Shown one piece after another: positions 19,421-30,400 of a DNA stretch of 64,000 nucleotides (within the stretch, counting starts at the first letter, position 1; every line of letters starts with the position of its first letter). This DNA comes from Promethearchaeota archaeon. GTDB taxonomy: Archaea; Asgardarchaeota; Lokiarchaeia; Sigyniarchaeales; SOKP01. The translations under genes and the position numbers were made by a program. A model generated the notes under the pieces. It saw nothing but the letters and a program-made list of their open reading frames with translations. It had not been told where the DNA came from and made no database searches. Where the stretch lies: positions 1-64,000 of the forward strand of contig JBHLOC010000006.1 in assembly GCA_048940925.1 (NCBI GenBank). The letters run 5' to 3'.

Positions 19421-19531
19421 TGATTTATTAGAAGATTCTTTTTACTAGTTTTTAAAGCTTTTTTTAATGGTTTATTAATGTTAATTTAATAATAGAAGAA
19501 GATAAAAAGATTTAAATATGATGGTATCGTA

Positions 19532-19567
19532 ATATTCATATATCGAGGTATCGCGATTAGTGAATAT
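19532..19567. promoter_or_regulatory. inverted repeat ATATTCA-N22-TGAATAT, candidate operator between divergent arsR and lrp
   Basis: Seen in sequence; GGTATCG also occurs twice within 19523-19553. Confidence 0.4.
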
Positions 19568-19620
19568 CTCCCAATTAATAATTATACAATTTAAATAGAA
19601 TAGGAGTTAGCTGAGAACAA

Positions 19621-20133
19621 ATGATAAGTGAAAAAATCGGAATTGATGATATTGATTGTAAAATAATGGAATTAATTCAAAAAGAACCAAACTTAACTCA
19701 TACTGAAATTGCAAGTTATGTAAATCGTAGTCAACCTACTGTAGGAATGCGTATTAAAAAACTTGAAAACTTAGGTGTCTTAAAATATCAGGCTGGTATA
19801 AACATTAAAGTGGCAGATCTCTGCTTTGCTCGGGTAGAACTTCAAACAAAGAATCCAAAAAAGGTTATTAACATAGTAAAAAATTGCCCATTTATGTTGA
19901 ATGCCTTTAGATTAAGTGGTGATTCAAATATGTGTATTCTAATTGTAGGTTTACATTTTAAAGATTTAGATCACATTGTTAATTATCATTTTCGAAATGA
20001 TCCTGACGTTATTGATGCGCGTATTGACATTATCTCTGAGGTTATAGAAGATTTTGTTCTACCAATACATTTAAATTTTGAATTTGGAGAATTAAATATA
20101 CAGAACCATTGTTGTGAAAAATGTACTTGTTAA
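19621..20133 (+). CDS. Lrp/AsnC family regulator with Cys-rich tail
   Basis: D.ID..I...IQ..P...H.EIA....RSQP.V..RIKKLE HTH, RAM domain; tail HCCEKCTC. Confidence 0.88.
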   Translation: MISEKIGIDDIDCKIMELIQKEPNLTHTEIASYVNRSQPTVGMRIKKLENLGVLKYQAGINIKVADLCFARVELQTKNPKKVINIVKNCPFMLNAFRLSGDSNMCILIVGLHFKDLDHIVNYHFRNDPDVIDARIDIISEVIEDFVLPIHLNFEFGELNIQNHCCEKCTC

Positions 20134-20164
20134 TTTCCTTCTATTTTTTTAAGACTTTTTTTAT

Positions 20165-20407
20165 TTAATCTATAGTTATTGCTTTACTTTTACAAGCTGT
20201 AGTGCAAATATGGCATTTTACACAGTGTTCTTCTCGATCTTTTACCACAGTACATTTAGGTTTAGAATTTTTATTTATTACTTTATAAATTCCCCTAAAG
20301 CAGGCTTCTTCACAAGAAAAATTTTTACATTCAGAGCATTTTAAAGTATCGATATGATGAAATTTGTAACTTTCAATAGTAGTAAGATCACCTGCTTCAC
20401 TCATCAT
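20165..20407 (-). CDS. 4Fe-4S ferredoxin
   Basis: CSECKNFSCEEAC and CVKCHICTTAC. Confidence 0.8.
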   Translation of the reverse strand: MMSEAGDLTTIESYKFHHIDTLKCSECKNFSCEEACFRGIYKVINKNSKPKCTVVKDREEHCVKCHICTTACKSKAITID

Positions 20408-20526
20408 GATTATTCAAATAAAATACTCTTTTTATCTATTAAGGTTATATTCTATAACAAAATCTCTTAATTTTGAATGGATATTTGATATTAATATAAT
20501 CGATTTATAGTTATAAACCATGTTTT

Positions 20527-21195
20527 ATGAGTCATACTAAGACACCTCTTTTTAACATTCCGAATTTAATGAAAGGTGAATTTATAGCACGACCAAATAG
20601 ATTTACTGGAGAAATCAAGTTCAAAGGAAGCATTGAAACAGCTCATATTCATGATCCTGGTAGGTTAAAAGAATTACTTATTGAGGGGGCCGAAGTACTA
20701 TTCACGTATTCGAAAGGGAAATTAAAATATTATATTAAAGCAGTAAAGACAGATATTGAATGGGTACTAATTGACACAGCACTTCATTCTAGAATCGCTC
20801 AAAAGGTATTTAATTTTTTACCTGAATTTTCAGAAGTAAAAGAAATTAAGAAAGAAGTGAAAATAGGCAAAAGTCGTATTGATTTTCTTTTAGATGATGT
20901 CCCCTTGGAAGTAAAGGGAGTCACATTGGTGAAGGATGGGATTGCATTATTTCCCGATGCTCCAACTGAACGAGGAGCTCGACATGTAGAGGAAATTATT
21001 AAACATAATGGTATACTTCTATTTTTAATTTTTCGGAAGGCTGAAAGTTTTGCACCAAATAAAAAAATGGATCCAAATTTTTCACAAAAATTAAGTAAAG
21101 CCAGATTGAAAAACATAAAAATTATTCCAATTCAAATTAGTTTTGATGGTAAAATGATTTTTTATAATAAACCAATACCAATATCTGACTTTTAA
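20527..21195 (+). CDS. sfsA: SfsA family DNA-binding/nuclease protein
   Basis: RPNRF, H.HDPGRL.EL, SRIDF, EVKGVTL, FPDAPT.RG.RH. Confidence 0.9.
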   Translation: MSHTKTPLFNIPNLMKGEFIARPNRFTGEIKFKGSIETAHIHDPGRLKELLIEGAEVLFTYSKGKLKYYIKAVKTDIEWVLIDTALHSRIAQKVFNFLPEFSEVKEIKKEVKIGKSRIDFLLDDVPLEVKGVTLVKDGIALFPDAPTERGARHVEEIIKHNGILLFLIFRKAESFAPNKKMDPNFSQKLSKARLKNIKIIPIQISFDGKMIFYNKPIPISDF

Positions 21196-21277
21196 TAATA
21201 GAATTGATTATTTATAAATAGATAAATTTGATAAATTATTTCTTTACATAAGGTAAATAATTTATTTTGGGATTATT

Positions 21278-21817
21278 GTGATTTCTGATAAATTAAAACT
21301 AGATGAGATTGATAGACAAATTATTTCTCTAGTACAAGAGAATCCAGCCCTTACACATACGGAGATTGCTACAAAAATAAATCGTAGTCAACCAACGGTT
21401 GGGATGCGCATTAAAAAGCTCGAAAAAAATGGTGTCTTACAATTCCAGCCAGGTATCAACTTCAAGAAAGTTGACTTATATTTAGCAACAGTAGAAATTC
21501 AAACAAAAAATCCAGAAGAAATACTTGATATGGCTCGTTTCTGTCCTTTTATGCTTAATGCATTTCGTTTAAGTGGTGATCATAATGTGTGTATATTACT
21601 TGCGAGTTCTAAACTCGATAAGTTAGATAATATTGTTAATTACCACTTTAGGAATAATCCATTGATCTCAACAGTATCTATGGAAGTAATTATTGATATA
21701 GCTAAGGATTTCATTCTGCCAATTGATTTTGATTCAGAAGACCATGACCCAACAATAGAAGAAGGTTGTGGTCCTAAATGTAAATTTAAAATAGCTAAAG
21801 CTCAGGGTTTAGTTTAA
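21278..21817 (+). CDS. Lrp/AsnC family regulator with Cys-containing tail
   Basis: Close paralog of 19621..20133; tail GCGPKC. Confidence 0.88.
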   Translation: MISDKLKLDEIDRQIISLVQENPALTHTEIATKINRSQPTVGMRIKKLEKNGVLQFQPGINFKKVDLYLATVEIQTKNPEEILDMARFCPFMLNAFRLSGDHNVCILLASSKLDKLDNIVNYHFRNNPLISTVSMEVIIDIAKDFILPIDFDSEDHDPTIEEGCGPKCKFKIAKAQGLV

Positions 21818-21900
21818 TATATTCATATATGAATTTCCCTTGTATATTGAAATATGTTTCTCGTAGAATAAGAATTGTAAAATAAAAGTATATGATTTAC

Positions 21901-22467
21901 TTATTCCTCAATTTGCTGATCAAATTTAAATTTAGGTAGATCATCCCTCATATTACACTCTGGACCACAATACCTCCCATCAAAATTTTCGATTTGAAAA
22001 TCAATTGGGACAACAAAATCATGAATCGATTCGATTAAGATATTAGTTTTGACATTAATAACATTATCATCGCGCCTAAAACATAAATCTACTAATTTTT
22101 CAATTGTTTGAAGATTCGAGGCTGCAATAAAGCAAAGGACATTAAATTCACCAGAGATTTTAAAGGCATGATTAACAAATGGACATTTTTCAACTTTATT
22201 AACAATATTTTCAACATCTTTAGTAGAAATAAATACAATCGCAACTTTAATATCAACTTTTTTAATATTAAAGCCCACTTGTTTAGTAAGTAAATGTTTT
22301 CGTTCTAACTTGATGATTCGGGCACCTACAGCAGGCTGAGACTTTTCTATCTCCTTAGCGATATCACTATGAGTGATATCGGGATTTTTTTCAATCATTT
22401 CGATGATTTTTTTATCATCGTTATCAATTGATAATAATTCATTAAAACTTTTTTTCTTCATTTCCAT
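21901..22467 (-). CDS. Lrp/AsnC family regulator with Cys-containing tail
   Basis: HS.IA..I.KSQPAVGARI.KLE, CPFV..AF.ISG; tail CGPEC. Confidence 0.85.
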   Translation of the reverse strand: MEMKKKSFNELLSIDNDDKKIIEMIEKNPDITHSDIAKEIEKSQPAVGARIIKLERKHLLTKQVGFNIKKVDIKVAIVFISTKDVENIVNKVEKCPFVNHAFKISGEFNVLCFIAASNLQTIEKLVDLCFRRDDNVINVKTNILIESIHDFVVPIDFQIENFDGRYCGPECNMRDDLPKFKFDQQIEE

Positions 22468-22865
22468 TTTATTTCATAACTCCACTTTAATTTAAACTTA
22501 GTTTTAATGAATTTAAATCTTTTTAAGGAGGGACATAGTGAAAAATAAGAGTATTTAACTTAAGGCTTTTAAGTTATAAATTAAAAAAAATATTTTTGAA
22601 AATTTATATAATTTATAAGACATTTGTAAAAATATTAATAATTATTACTAAAACAGAGAATCCAACTAAACCAATTTCTCATAATAATCTGCGATAAAAA
22701 TTAAAACACCAAAAATAAGACTGAGAATTGCAACTATTATTAAATTAACACTCATTAATATTGAAATTAGGTTTAAAATTTAATAAAGTTGTAGTAATAA
22801 ACTAAATTATAAAATTCATGTTGGTTTTGATAAAAATATAGGCAATAAAGTCTCATAGGTGAAAT

Positions 22866-23744
22866 ATGATTCAGTTTCTAATCATAACATCATCCGAAGA
22901 TAAAGCTTCAATGAATATAAGGGAAAGATTTTTAAATTCAAAAGTTTTCAAGTTCGTAGAGACAAATTTCATATGGTATGAACATCCTGTGTTTAAACTA
23001 AAGGGAAATTTTAATGATAATGAAATATTCATTGGTTTAACAAAAGAACCTTTAATTTTTTTAAATGCCCTAAAATTAGATGAATCAGGGTTAAATCCAG
23101 ATTTACTTATTTTTGCTAGTCGCCATACATCAAAATCAACTAAACCTGCATTTTTAGTCCATACAACCGGAAATTGGACAAATAATGTGGATTTTGGTGG
23201 TGATCCTCAGCAATTATCAAAAACAAGTGCTATACTTCTTAAATCAGGATTTCTTTCCTTGATTGAACAAGAATTCCCACCTTTATTATCAAATTTTTCA
23301 CTCGATATAGAAGTAACTCACCATGGTCCTACAAAATTAGAAAAACCTTTAATATTCATGGAATTAGGGAGCAGCAAAGAAGAATGGGTTAATGGTATTG
23401 CTGGCGAACTACTAGCCAAAGCAATAATTGTCACAATCTTCAAATATTTAGAATTTAATGGAAATAGGAGTGATTTAGTAGGTTTAGGATTTGGAGGAAC
23501 TCATTATGCTCCAAATTTTCATAGGTTAATCAGAAATAAGAATGTAGCAATGTCTTTTATCTGCCCTAAATATTATGTTCAGCAATTAAATAAAGATTTA
23601 ATCAGTAAAATGATTAAAAATACTCAAGAAAAAGTTGACTTTTTCATTGTTGATTGGAAAGGAACAAATTCTGAGGATAAAAAGCATCTGATTCCTCTTT
23701 TGGAAGAATTTGAAATCCCAATAAAGAAGACAAAAGAGTTTTAG
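22866..23744 (+). CDS. dtdA: D-aminoacyl-tRNA deacylase (archaeal DTD2)
   Basis: D.AS.NI, FASRH.S, VH.TGN, E.THHGPT, FMELGS, GFGGTHYAP. Confidence 0.92.
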   Translation: MIQFLIITSSEDKASMNIRERFLNSKVFKFVETNFIWYEHPVFKLKGNFNDNEIFIGLTKEPLIFLNALKLDESGLNPDLLIFASRHTSKSTKPAFLVHTTGNWTNNVDFGGDPQQLSKTSAILLKSGFLSLIEQEFPPLLSNFSLDIEVTHHGPTKLEKPLIFMELGSSKEEWVNGIAGELLAKAIIVTIFKYLEFNGNRSDLVGLGFGGTHYAPNFHRLIRNKNVAMSFICPKYYVQQLNKDLISKMIKNTQEKVDFFIVDWKGTNSEDKKHLIPLLEEFEIPIKKTKEF

Positions 23745-23774
23745 ATTTAAAGAAGTTAAAATGTTTTATTGAAT

Positions 23775-24644
23775 CTATTTAGATTCATCCTTTATTTTTT
23801 CATAATATTTTACTAAATTTTTAAAAACATAATGAGTTGGAGAAAATCCTTGAGTAGCAGATTTGATTAGAACTTTAAGTAGGAAATCATTGAAGGGAAT
23901 TATTTCTTTAGGAGTAACGTTTAATTCTCTAATATTATAGAAACTTCTCCAAAATAATGTAGGCCAATCTATTAAAGGTGCTAATAAAGTTTTATATTGT
24001 AGTTGTCCTTCTTTAGACAATTCTAATTCTTTCTTTAATTCGTAAAAGTTAGCTTTTCCCTTTTTCTTAATTTCTATTATGCCATCTGTTTTAATTTCTT
24101 CCATTATTTTATTTAAACTTGTTAAATCTATATCTGTAATATTTAATTTTTCTAGATTATCCAAAATTTCTTGGTCTGATTGACCTTTTAATTTTATTGT
24201 AATATAATTCCTTGCTAATATATTATATTTTATTGGGACTGATTCATGATCCATTTTGTTATATTGTATTAAATTTCCTAAAATTTCTTTAGCTACCAAA
24301 TATTTCAAAATTACCTGATCCTCCTCAGAAAAATTTTCTTTAAAAAGCTCAGAATCAAAGTAATGGTCATATAATGTCTTTAATAAGGACTTTATAGCAT
24401 GAAAGCCATCAGCTATAGATTGTGCAACGTTTTTTAATACTTGAATTCTATAGTCAATGTCATTTAAGAATTTATCTTTAACTACAGGTATTTCACGAAC
24501 TAGATGAGGTTTCTCATTTAATGGTTTTAGATATTCATCCCATTTTGTCTTAAAGCGATAAGTTTGTGTTTTTGCAATACTTGAAAGTTTATATACAACT
24601 TCCAAAAGTTTGTTTAAGAATTCTTCTTCAGAAACTTCAGTCAT
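23775..24644 (-). CDS. hypothetical protein (possible internal winged-helix)
   Basis: 289-aa ORF; no family recognised. Confidence 0.6.
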   Translation of the reverse strand: MTEVSEEEFLNKLLEVVYKLSSIAKTQTYRFKTKWDEYLKPLNEKPHLVREIPVVKDKFLNDIDYRIQVLKNVAQSIADGFHAIKSLLKTLYDHYFDSELFKENFSEEDQVILKYLVAKEILGNLIQYNKMDHESVPIKYNILARNYITIKLKGQSDQEILDNLEKLNITDIDLTSLNKIMEEIKTDGIIEIKKKGKANFYELKKELELSKEGQLQYKTLLAPLIDWPTLFWRSFYNIRELNVTPKEIIPFNDFLLKVLIKSATQGFSPTHYVFKNLVKYYEKIKDESK

Positions 24645-24831
24645 CCACTAAATACCTTAACCTTATTGTATTTAATTTTTTTTTCCCTAATATATATATA
24701 AAAATCTTAAAATTTTTAAATTTAAACAAAATTTCGAGACAAAATAATAGGTTCTTAATAATTGACTAAACACTTAAATGAATAAATATTAGTTCATCGT
24801 ATATATAAATACATTATTTGAGAAGGGAAAG

Positions 24832-25230
24832 ATGATTGAAAAAGAAATAGAGCACATTGCAATTGCTTCAAATACAGAAGATGATTCTGATAAATTCTTT
24901 ATTGAATTACTTGGTTTGATAAAAACAAGATCATTTGATTTATCTGCGGATCTGATACAAAAATTTTTTGGGGGCAATAAAACCCAAAAGATTGTAAGAT
25001 ATGAAAAAGATTCTCTAAGTTTTGAAGTAATTATTACTAATGATGGAAGTAAAGCAAAAGATATTTTTTCTCATACATGTCTATTAATAAAAGATAGAGA
25101 TAAATTTTTAAATAAAGCATTATCTATGGGTTTTTTAACAATTAAGGTTCCTAGAATAGATGGAAATGGATATTATCTTTTTATAAAAGATGGATACCAA
25201 AATCTCTATGAAATAAAGGAAAAAATATAA
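24832..25230 (+). CDS. VOC/glyoxalase family protein
   Basis: IEHIAI...FF..LLGL, H.C, FIKD...NL.E. Confidence 0.75.
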   Translation: MIEKEIEHIAIASNTEDDSDKFFIELLGLIKTRSFDLSADLIQKFFGGNKTQKIVRYEKDSLSFEVIITNDGSKAKDIFSHTCLLIKDRDKFLNKALSMGFLTIKVPRIDGNGYYLFIKDGYQNLYEIKEKI

Positions 25231-25235
25231 TAATG

Positions 25236-25664
25236 TTAATCTTTATAATCTAAGATCCCTGAACTTTTAATAATGTCCATATGATCAAAAGCTAATTCTT
25301 TCGATAAAATTTCTGATAATGGTACTATTTCTAATGATGCAGCATCATCTAACGCTTTTGGTTTCTCTTTTCTAGATAGGGGTTCACATAAAAAAGCAAT
25401 ACTAACAGTATGACCTCTAGGGTCTCGATTTGGCTCAGAGAATACATCTATAAGTTTAACAATCTTTATATCAATATTTGTCTCCTCTTTTGCTTCACGG
25501 ATACACGCGGATTCTACAGTTTCTCCCACATCCACAAAACCACCAGGTAATGCTAGCTGCCCCTTAAATGGGGGATTTTTTCGACGAATTAGTACTAAAG
25601 CTTTTTTATTATTTAATAATATTACTGCATCTACAGTTAGTAAAGGTGTAACCGGTTTTGACAT
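25236..25664 (-). CDS. NUDIX hydrolase (ADP-ribose pyrophosphatase-like)
   Basis: LPGGFVDVGETVESACIREAKEET Nudix box, RDPRGH, LAFDH. Confidence 0.92.
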   Translation of the reverse strand: MSKPVTPLLTVDAVILLNNKKALVLIRRKNPPFKGQLALPGGFVDVGETVESACIREAKEETNIDIKIVKLIDVFSEPNRDPRGHTVSIAFLCEPLSRKEKPKALDDAASLEIVPLSEILSKELAFDHMDIIKSSGILDYKD

Positions 25665-25721
25665 AATTAATTTTTTTTTTTTTTTTAGGATGAATTATAT
25701 TATTCTCTTTTGATTTTTGTT

Positions 25722-26543
25722 TTATTCATCCCATACTGGTGATGAGAGTAGATGTTCAATTCTAGTTTTCCTAGGTCTTCTAAATTCTGTATGATTTGCC
25801 TTACGCTCCAATAATAAAGCTTTCTCAAGATTAATCGAATTGACCATGAATACTTCTAAATCACCCTCATTAAGATAAATATGATTGAAACAAGGTTTAT
25901 CATCAGCACGAACTTTATTAGAGGATGAAGTACCGCTGTAAAGAAACGTTGTATTCGTTGAATTCTTCCAAGAGATTACATAGGCATGAGGAACATGACG
26001 ATGACCCATTAAAACCAAATCAATTTCAAATATCTCTGCAAATTCTAATATTTCTCCGGCATCTCGAACAGTAGTAAATTTTTGCCCTGACATTGGAATA
26101 GGAATTAAATGATGATGTAGAGCGATTACTCGATTTTCTAAAGTTCTATTAAAACACCTTCCAACAAAATCTAGCTGCTCGTCACCAATCTCGCCGTACG
26201 CGATATCATCTCTCGCAGAGCATATTCCAACGATAATAGTATCTTTATCTTCTAAAATTAACCTTGACCTCCTTGGACCTATAAGTTTTTCAAAAAATAT
26301 CAAGCCTGAATTTTTGGCATCATGATTACCTGGAACTGCTAAAAACTTAGTGACTTTTCTTATTTGTTCTATATAAGGCAGGACATTTTTAAATTGTATG
26401 ACTCTTCCTTTATGAACAATATCTCCAGTACAAATTACTACATCAGGTTTGGAATCTTTAATATACGAAATTATATTTTCCATGTAATCTGGAACAAATT
26501 CCGATCCATAATGAAGATCACTTATATGAATGATTTCAACCAT
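25722..26543 (-). CDS. metallophosphoesterase (Icc/CpdA-like)
   Basis: SDLH, TGD, PGNHD, LHHH, GHRH. Confidence 0.9.
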   Translation of the reverse strand: MVEIIHISDLHYGSEFVPDYMENIISYIKDSKPDVVICTGDIVHKGRVIQFKNVLPYIEQIRKVTKFLAVPGNHDAKNSGLIFFEKLIGPRRSRLILEDKDTIIVGICSARDDIAYGEIGDEQLDFVGRCFNRTLENRVIALHHHLIPIPMSGQKFTTVRDAGEILEFAEIFEIDLVLMGHRHVPHAYVISWKNSTNTTFLYSGTSSSNKVRADDKPCFNHIYLNEGDLEVFMVNSINLEKALLLERKANHTEFRRPRKTRIEHLLSSPVWDE

Positions 26544-26822
26544 ATAATCCCACCAATATTAACTGAAAAAAATGTTCTTATGTTAATTTATTCTTAGATA
26601 AAATATAAATTTCTATAGTTTTTTCAAATCATCAGATATATTATTATATTATTTCAGAGTAAAAACTTAAGAAAACATATATTGTTTATTATCTTAAAGA
26701 AGTCTTATTGGATTAAAAGAGAATTTCTATTACCTTGTTATTATTTTTTATTACTTATAAAATAATTTAAACAAATAATTAAAAGAAAGAGAGTACAATT
26801 AAAGAACACTAAAAAAAAGTAG

Positions 26823-26969
26823 CTAGATAGCTAGAAGCATATTTTTACGTTCACGAATTATTTGTTCTAACTCATTTTCGGTATTGCAGCTAGAACAGAT
26901 ACCATCAACGTAAATATAGCGAATTTGTCCACACTGTGGACAATGAAATTCTTCATATTTTGGTTTCAT
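26823..26969 (-). CDS. small CPxCG zinc-finger protein (48 aa, not in ORF track)
   Basis: MKPKYEEFHCPQCGQIRYIYVDGICSSCNTENELEQIIRERKNMLLAI; GAGGTGA RBS upstream. Confidence 0.75.
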   Translation of the reverse strand: MKPKYEEFHCPQCGQIRYIYVDGICSSCNTENELEQIIRERKNMLLAI

Positions 26970-27023
26970 ACTTCATTTTCACCTCATTTTTATTAAATAT
27001 TTAATAGGTAATATTTGTTTTTT

Positions 27024-27167
27024 CTAAACATATTCAAGTTGATTTAATTTGATAATCTTTTCAATATCTTGGTCAATTCTCTCAATAATGCTTTCAATTG
27101 ATTTTTCAAGCGGAGTTTGATACACTTTTCTCTTTAATTTTAAATATTCTTCTTTTTGTTGCGACAA
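27024..27167 (-). CDS. small helical hypothetical protein (47 aa, TTG start, not in ORF track)
   Basis: MSQQKEEYLKLKRKVYQTPLEKSIESIIERIDQDIEKIIKLNQLEYV; co-oriented with the CPxCG gene. Confidence 0.5.
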   Translation of the reverse strand: MSQQKEEYLKLKRKVYQTPLEKSIESIIERIDQDIEKIIKLNQLEYV

Positions 27168-27460
27168 AGTTAATAAATACCAATTAAACATATATATAGT
27201 TTCTCTTACTATTCTTATTAATTATAAAGAAATATATAATTTTAAGTGCTTTCGCCATAATATATAAAGACTATATATTCTATATAGAAGATCTTTTTAT
27301 TAAAAAAAAGAAAATTAAAGGATTTGGTATAAATAGCAAAAATTTTTGTATAATTTGAAATCTACGCTAAATCTACGCTTAATTTATTTACATTAAATAA
27401 TAAATTCTTAGACTCTATCAAAGATATAAGAAGGGATTTACTATTAAGTGGATTAATAAT

Positions 27461-30400
27461 TTACTTTTTTTTTTTCTTTTTATATTTTCTTTTAATATAT
27501 TCATCAAAATTTTTTTTAAAATAATTTGCTACAGAGGAGGTATTTCCTTTTTCATTACTTACATATCCAGATACATAGGTATCTTTTCCGCCACCTCTAA
27601 ATTTATAATCTTTTAGTTCTTCCCTGATAAAGTTATTTAAACTAATATCAGTAGTTTTAGCTATTTCTGGAGACATCATTCCAGTAACATATGTCCCTTT
27701 TCCAATTTCATCAAAAAACCAATTTATAGAATTATTCACATACCTTTGGACATTTGAACTTATATTTTTTAAATCATTTTGATCAATACCTCTGAATGTA
27801 TGATAAATCAAAGTAAATGGTGTATATTGTTCAGCATTATTATATAAACTCTCGGCAAATGATTTACTTAGAAAAATCCCAATATCTTTCTTTTCCAATT
27901 TGTTTTTATTATCTTTCCATTCCTCTAACAATTTTTGAACTTTCGAACTTACATTCACTTTTTTAGTTCCAAGTATTTGAGAAATCTCGGATAACACATC
28001 ACCTTCAAATTTTTCACTAGAAGTTAAATGGAAATCATTTTCATCCACATCACCAGATTTAAGAGCTTTATTCACATTTTTCCATTTTTCAAGTAACTCT
28101 TTTACACGACCTACTAGTTGAATACGTTCAACATGTAAAATAGCTTTCAGTTCATCAAGAATTCTTTTATGTTTTTCTTTTAACTTGTTTGTAGCTTCTC
28201 CTGCTACAAATGTAAGTCTAACAATACCATCTTGTATTTTCTGAGATTTTGTGATATGAATACTTCCTGCTTCCGAAGTATTATTCAAATGTGTACCACC
28301 ACAAGCTTCGACATCTACTCCAGGAATTTCAACTATTCTTAAATATTTCCCAGGTACTGCACCACCTTGATATATAGTCATACCATATTTTTTTTCTGCC
28401 TCTGACCGGGGAATGAAACTAAGATTAAGATCAATTCCTTTTTTTACTATCTCGTTTGCTTTTTCTTCAATTTCTATTAATTTATCCCTAGGAATTTGCT
28501 CATAATGTGTAATATCAAGATGGGAGTTTTTAAGCGTTTTTTTTGCACCTGCTTGGTTAATATGACTACCTAAAACATCTCGGGCAGCAGCATTTACAAT
28601 ATGAGTAGCAGTATGATGTTGCGAGAGTTGCTTTCTCCATTCTTTGTCAACTTCTATTTTTACAACATCACCCTCCTTGAATTTTGGTTTATCATCGAGA
28701 ACGTGAACAATATAGTTACCCTGTTTGAATACGTCATTGAATATTTGACCATTTATCTGCCCTATATCATGCATTTGACCTCCAGAGGTAGGATATGCAA
28801 CAGATCTATCTAAAATAACCATATTATCAATAATCTTTAGAACTTTCGCTTCATTAGAAGTCTCAATATAGTCATAATAGTAAAGAGATTTTGTTTCAGG
28901 AATATCTTCTAGATTTAGTTCGATTTCTTTTACTGTAGCGTGGATTTGTTCGGTTTTTTCATGTCTTTCTACTACTAATTTATAAAAATCATCTGGAATC
29001 TTTACTTTCAAACCTAATTTTTTAGCTACTACTTTAACCATATCAGGACTTATGCCATTAGAATCGTATAATTCAATGAGGGTGTCAGTGGAAATATCCC
29101 CTTTTTTTAATTCTTTTTCCAATATCTTCCCAGCTTTTTTCTTTGTTGCGTAATATTTTTTCTTTTCAACTTCGAGGATCTCTCTAATCTCACCTAAATG
29201 ATCTGACACTTCTGGAAATAAAGCTTTTAATTCTTCTGCATGCCATTCACATACATCAGCTATATCAATGTTCCAATTGAAAAGGTCAATAAAGCTGATG
29301 GCACGTCTAAAAATTACTCTTAAGTTATAGCCACCTCCTACATTAGAAGGTAATTTGCCATCATTTATAGCAAATAATAATGCTCTAGCGTGATCAGCAA
29401 TCGAATAAAGTCCAGTCATAGGTAATATTTTATCTTTAAGTTCCTTTACTCCAATAGTTAATTCATCTGCAACCTGTTGCCATGCTTCGTCTATATCATC
29501 GACTTCATCCATATTTAAGTAAGCAGAATACTGAGAAAATCGATTATATAAATCCAAATCTAATTTAATCTTAGTAATCTTTCTCAATTTTGAGAGAACA
29601 AAAGGAAAAACTGCCTCATAGATATTTGGAGTTCCTTGAGAAAACCATGCCACCCGTCCATGCCCAAGACCCATATCTAAAACTTTTAATTTTAAATCTC
29701 TTGGACCATCAGATGTTTGTTCGAACATTGTATAGACTTGATTAAATAATTCCACACCTCTACTGAAGAATTCAAGACAACATCCAAATGAACCCCCTCC
29801 AACCCAAGAGTCTTCATGTATTGTTATTTCTTCTTTTGGTAAACCTACACCTTTATGAATAAAATCATGTATATCCATAAAAAGTTCTCCCTGATTCCAT
29901 TCTTCAGGGGAAACAAATGAATGTTGTCCTATCATTACAAAACCTGTGAAATGCGAAGATGTCACACCTACATTTTCGATATCATTAAATCTCAAACAAA
30001 ATTGAGGAATAACAAGTTTTTTTGCAGGAGGTTCAACTTCACCTGTGATAACATACGGTTGGAAAGCAGATATAGAAGCTATTGTAAATTCTAAGGTAGG
30101 GTTCCATCTCGCCACGCAAGGGTATCTTTTAATAGGTACGTAACCTCTTGGCTCCAAAATTTCAACAATCTTCTTCCATACTCCTATAAACGAAAGTTTC
30201 ACTTTCGAAGGATTGTTTACTGTAACTTGAAATCCCCCAGAACATATCGGATCTCCACATACTTTTCGATCTTTAACTACCGTCCAAAAGAAAGTTCCAC
30301 AGTGCTCACAATGTTTCCTTAAATATCCAAGTTTTTTTAGCTCTTTAGTAGGAAAATATTTATCTGGATCTTCTGATGCAATCTTTTTAAAAACTACTTT

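Noticed and set aside
20527-21195. SfsA (and the EndoQ-like gene) as a defence or mobile-element nuclease
   Set aside because: Common housekeeping families with no integrase, transposase or defence context
26544-27460. AT-rich gap as a replication origin
   Set aside because: No ORB-like repeats or cdc6/orc1 nearby, and part of the gap is explained by two small ORFs
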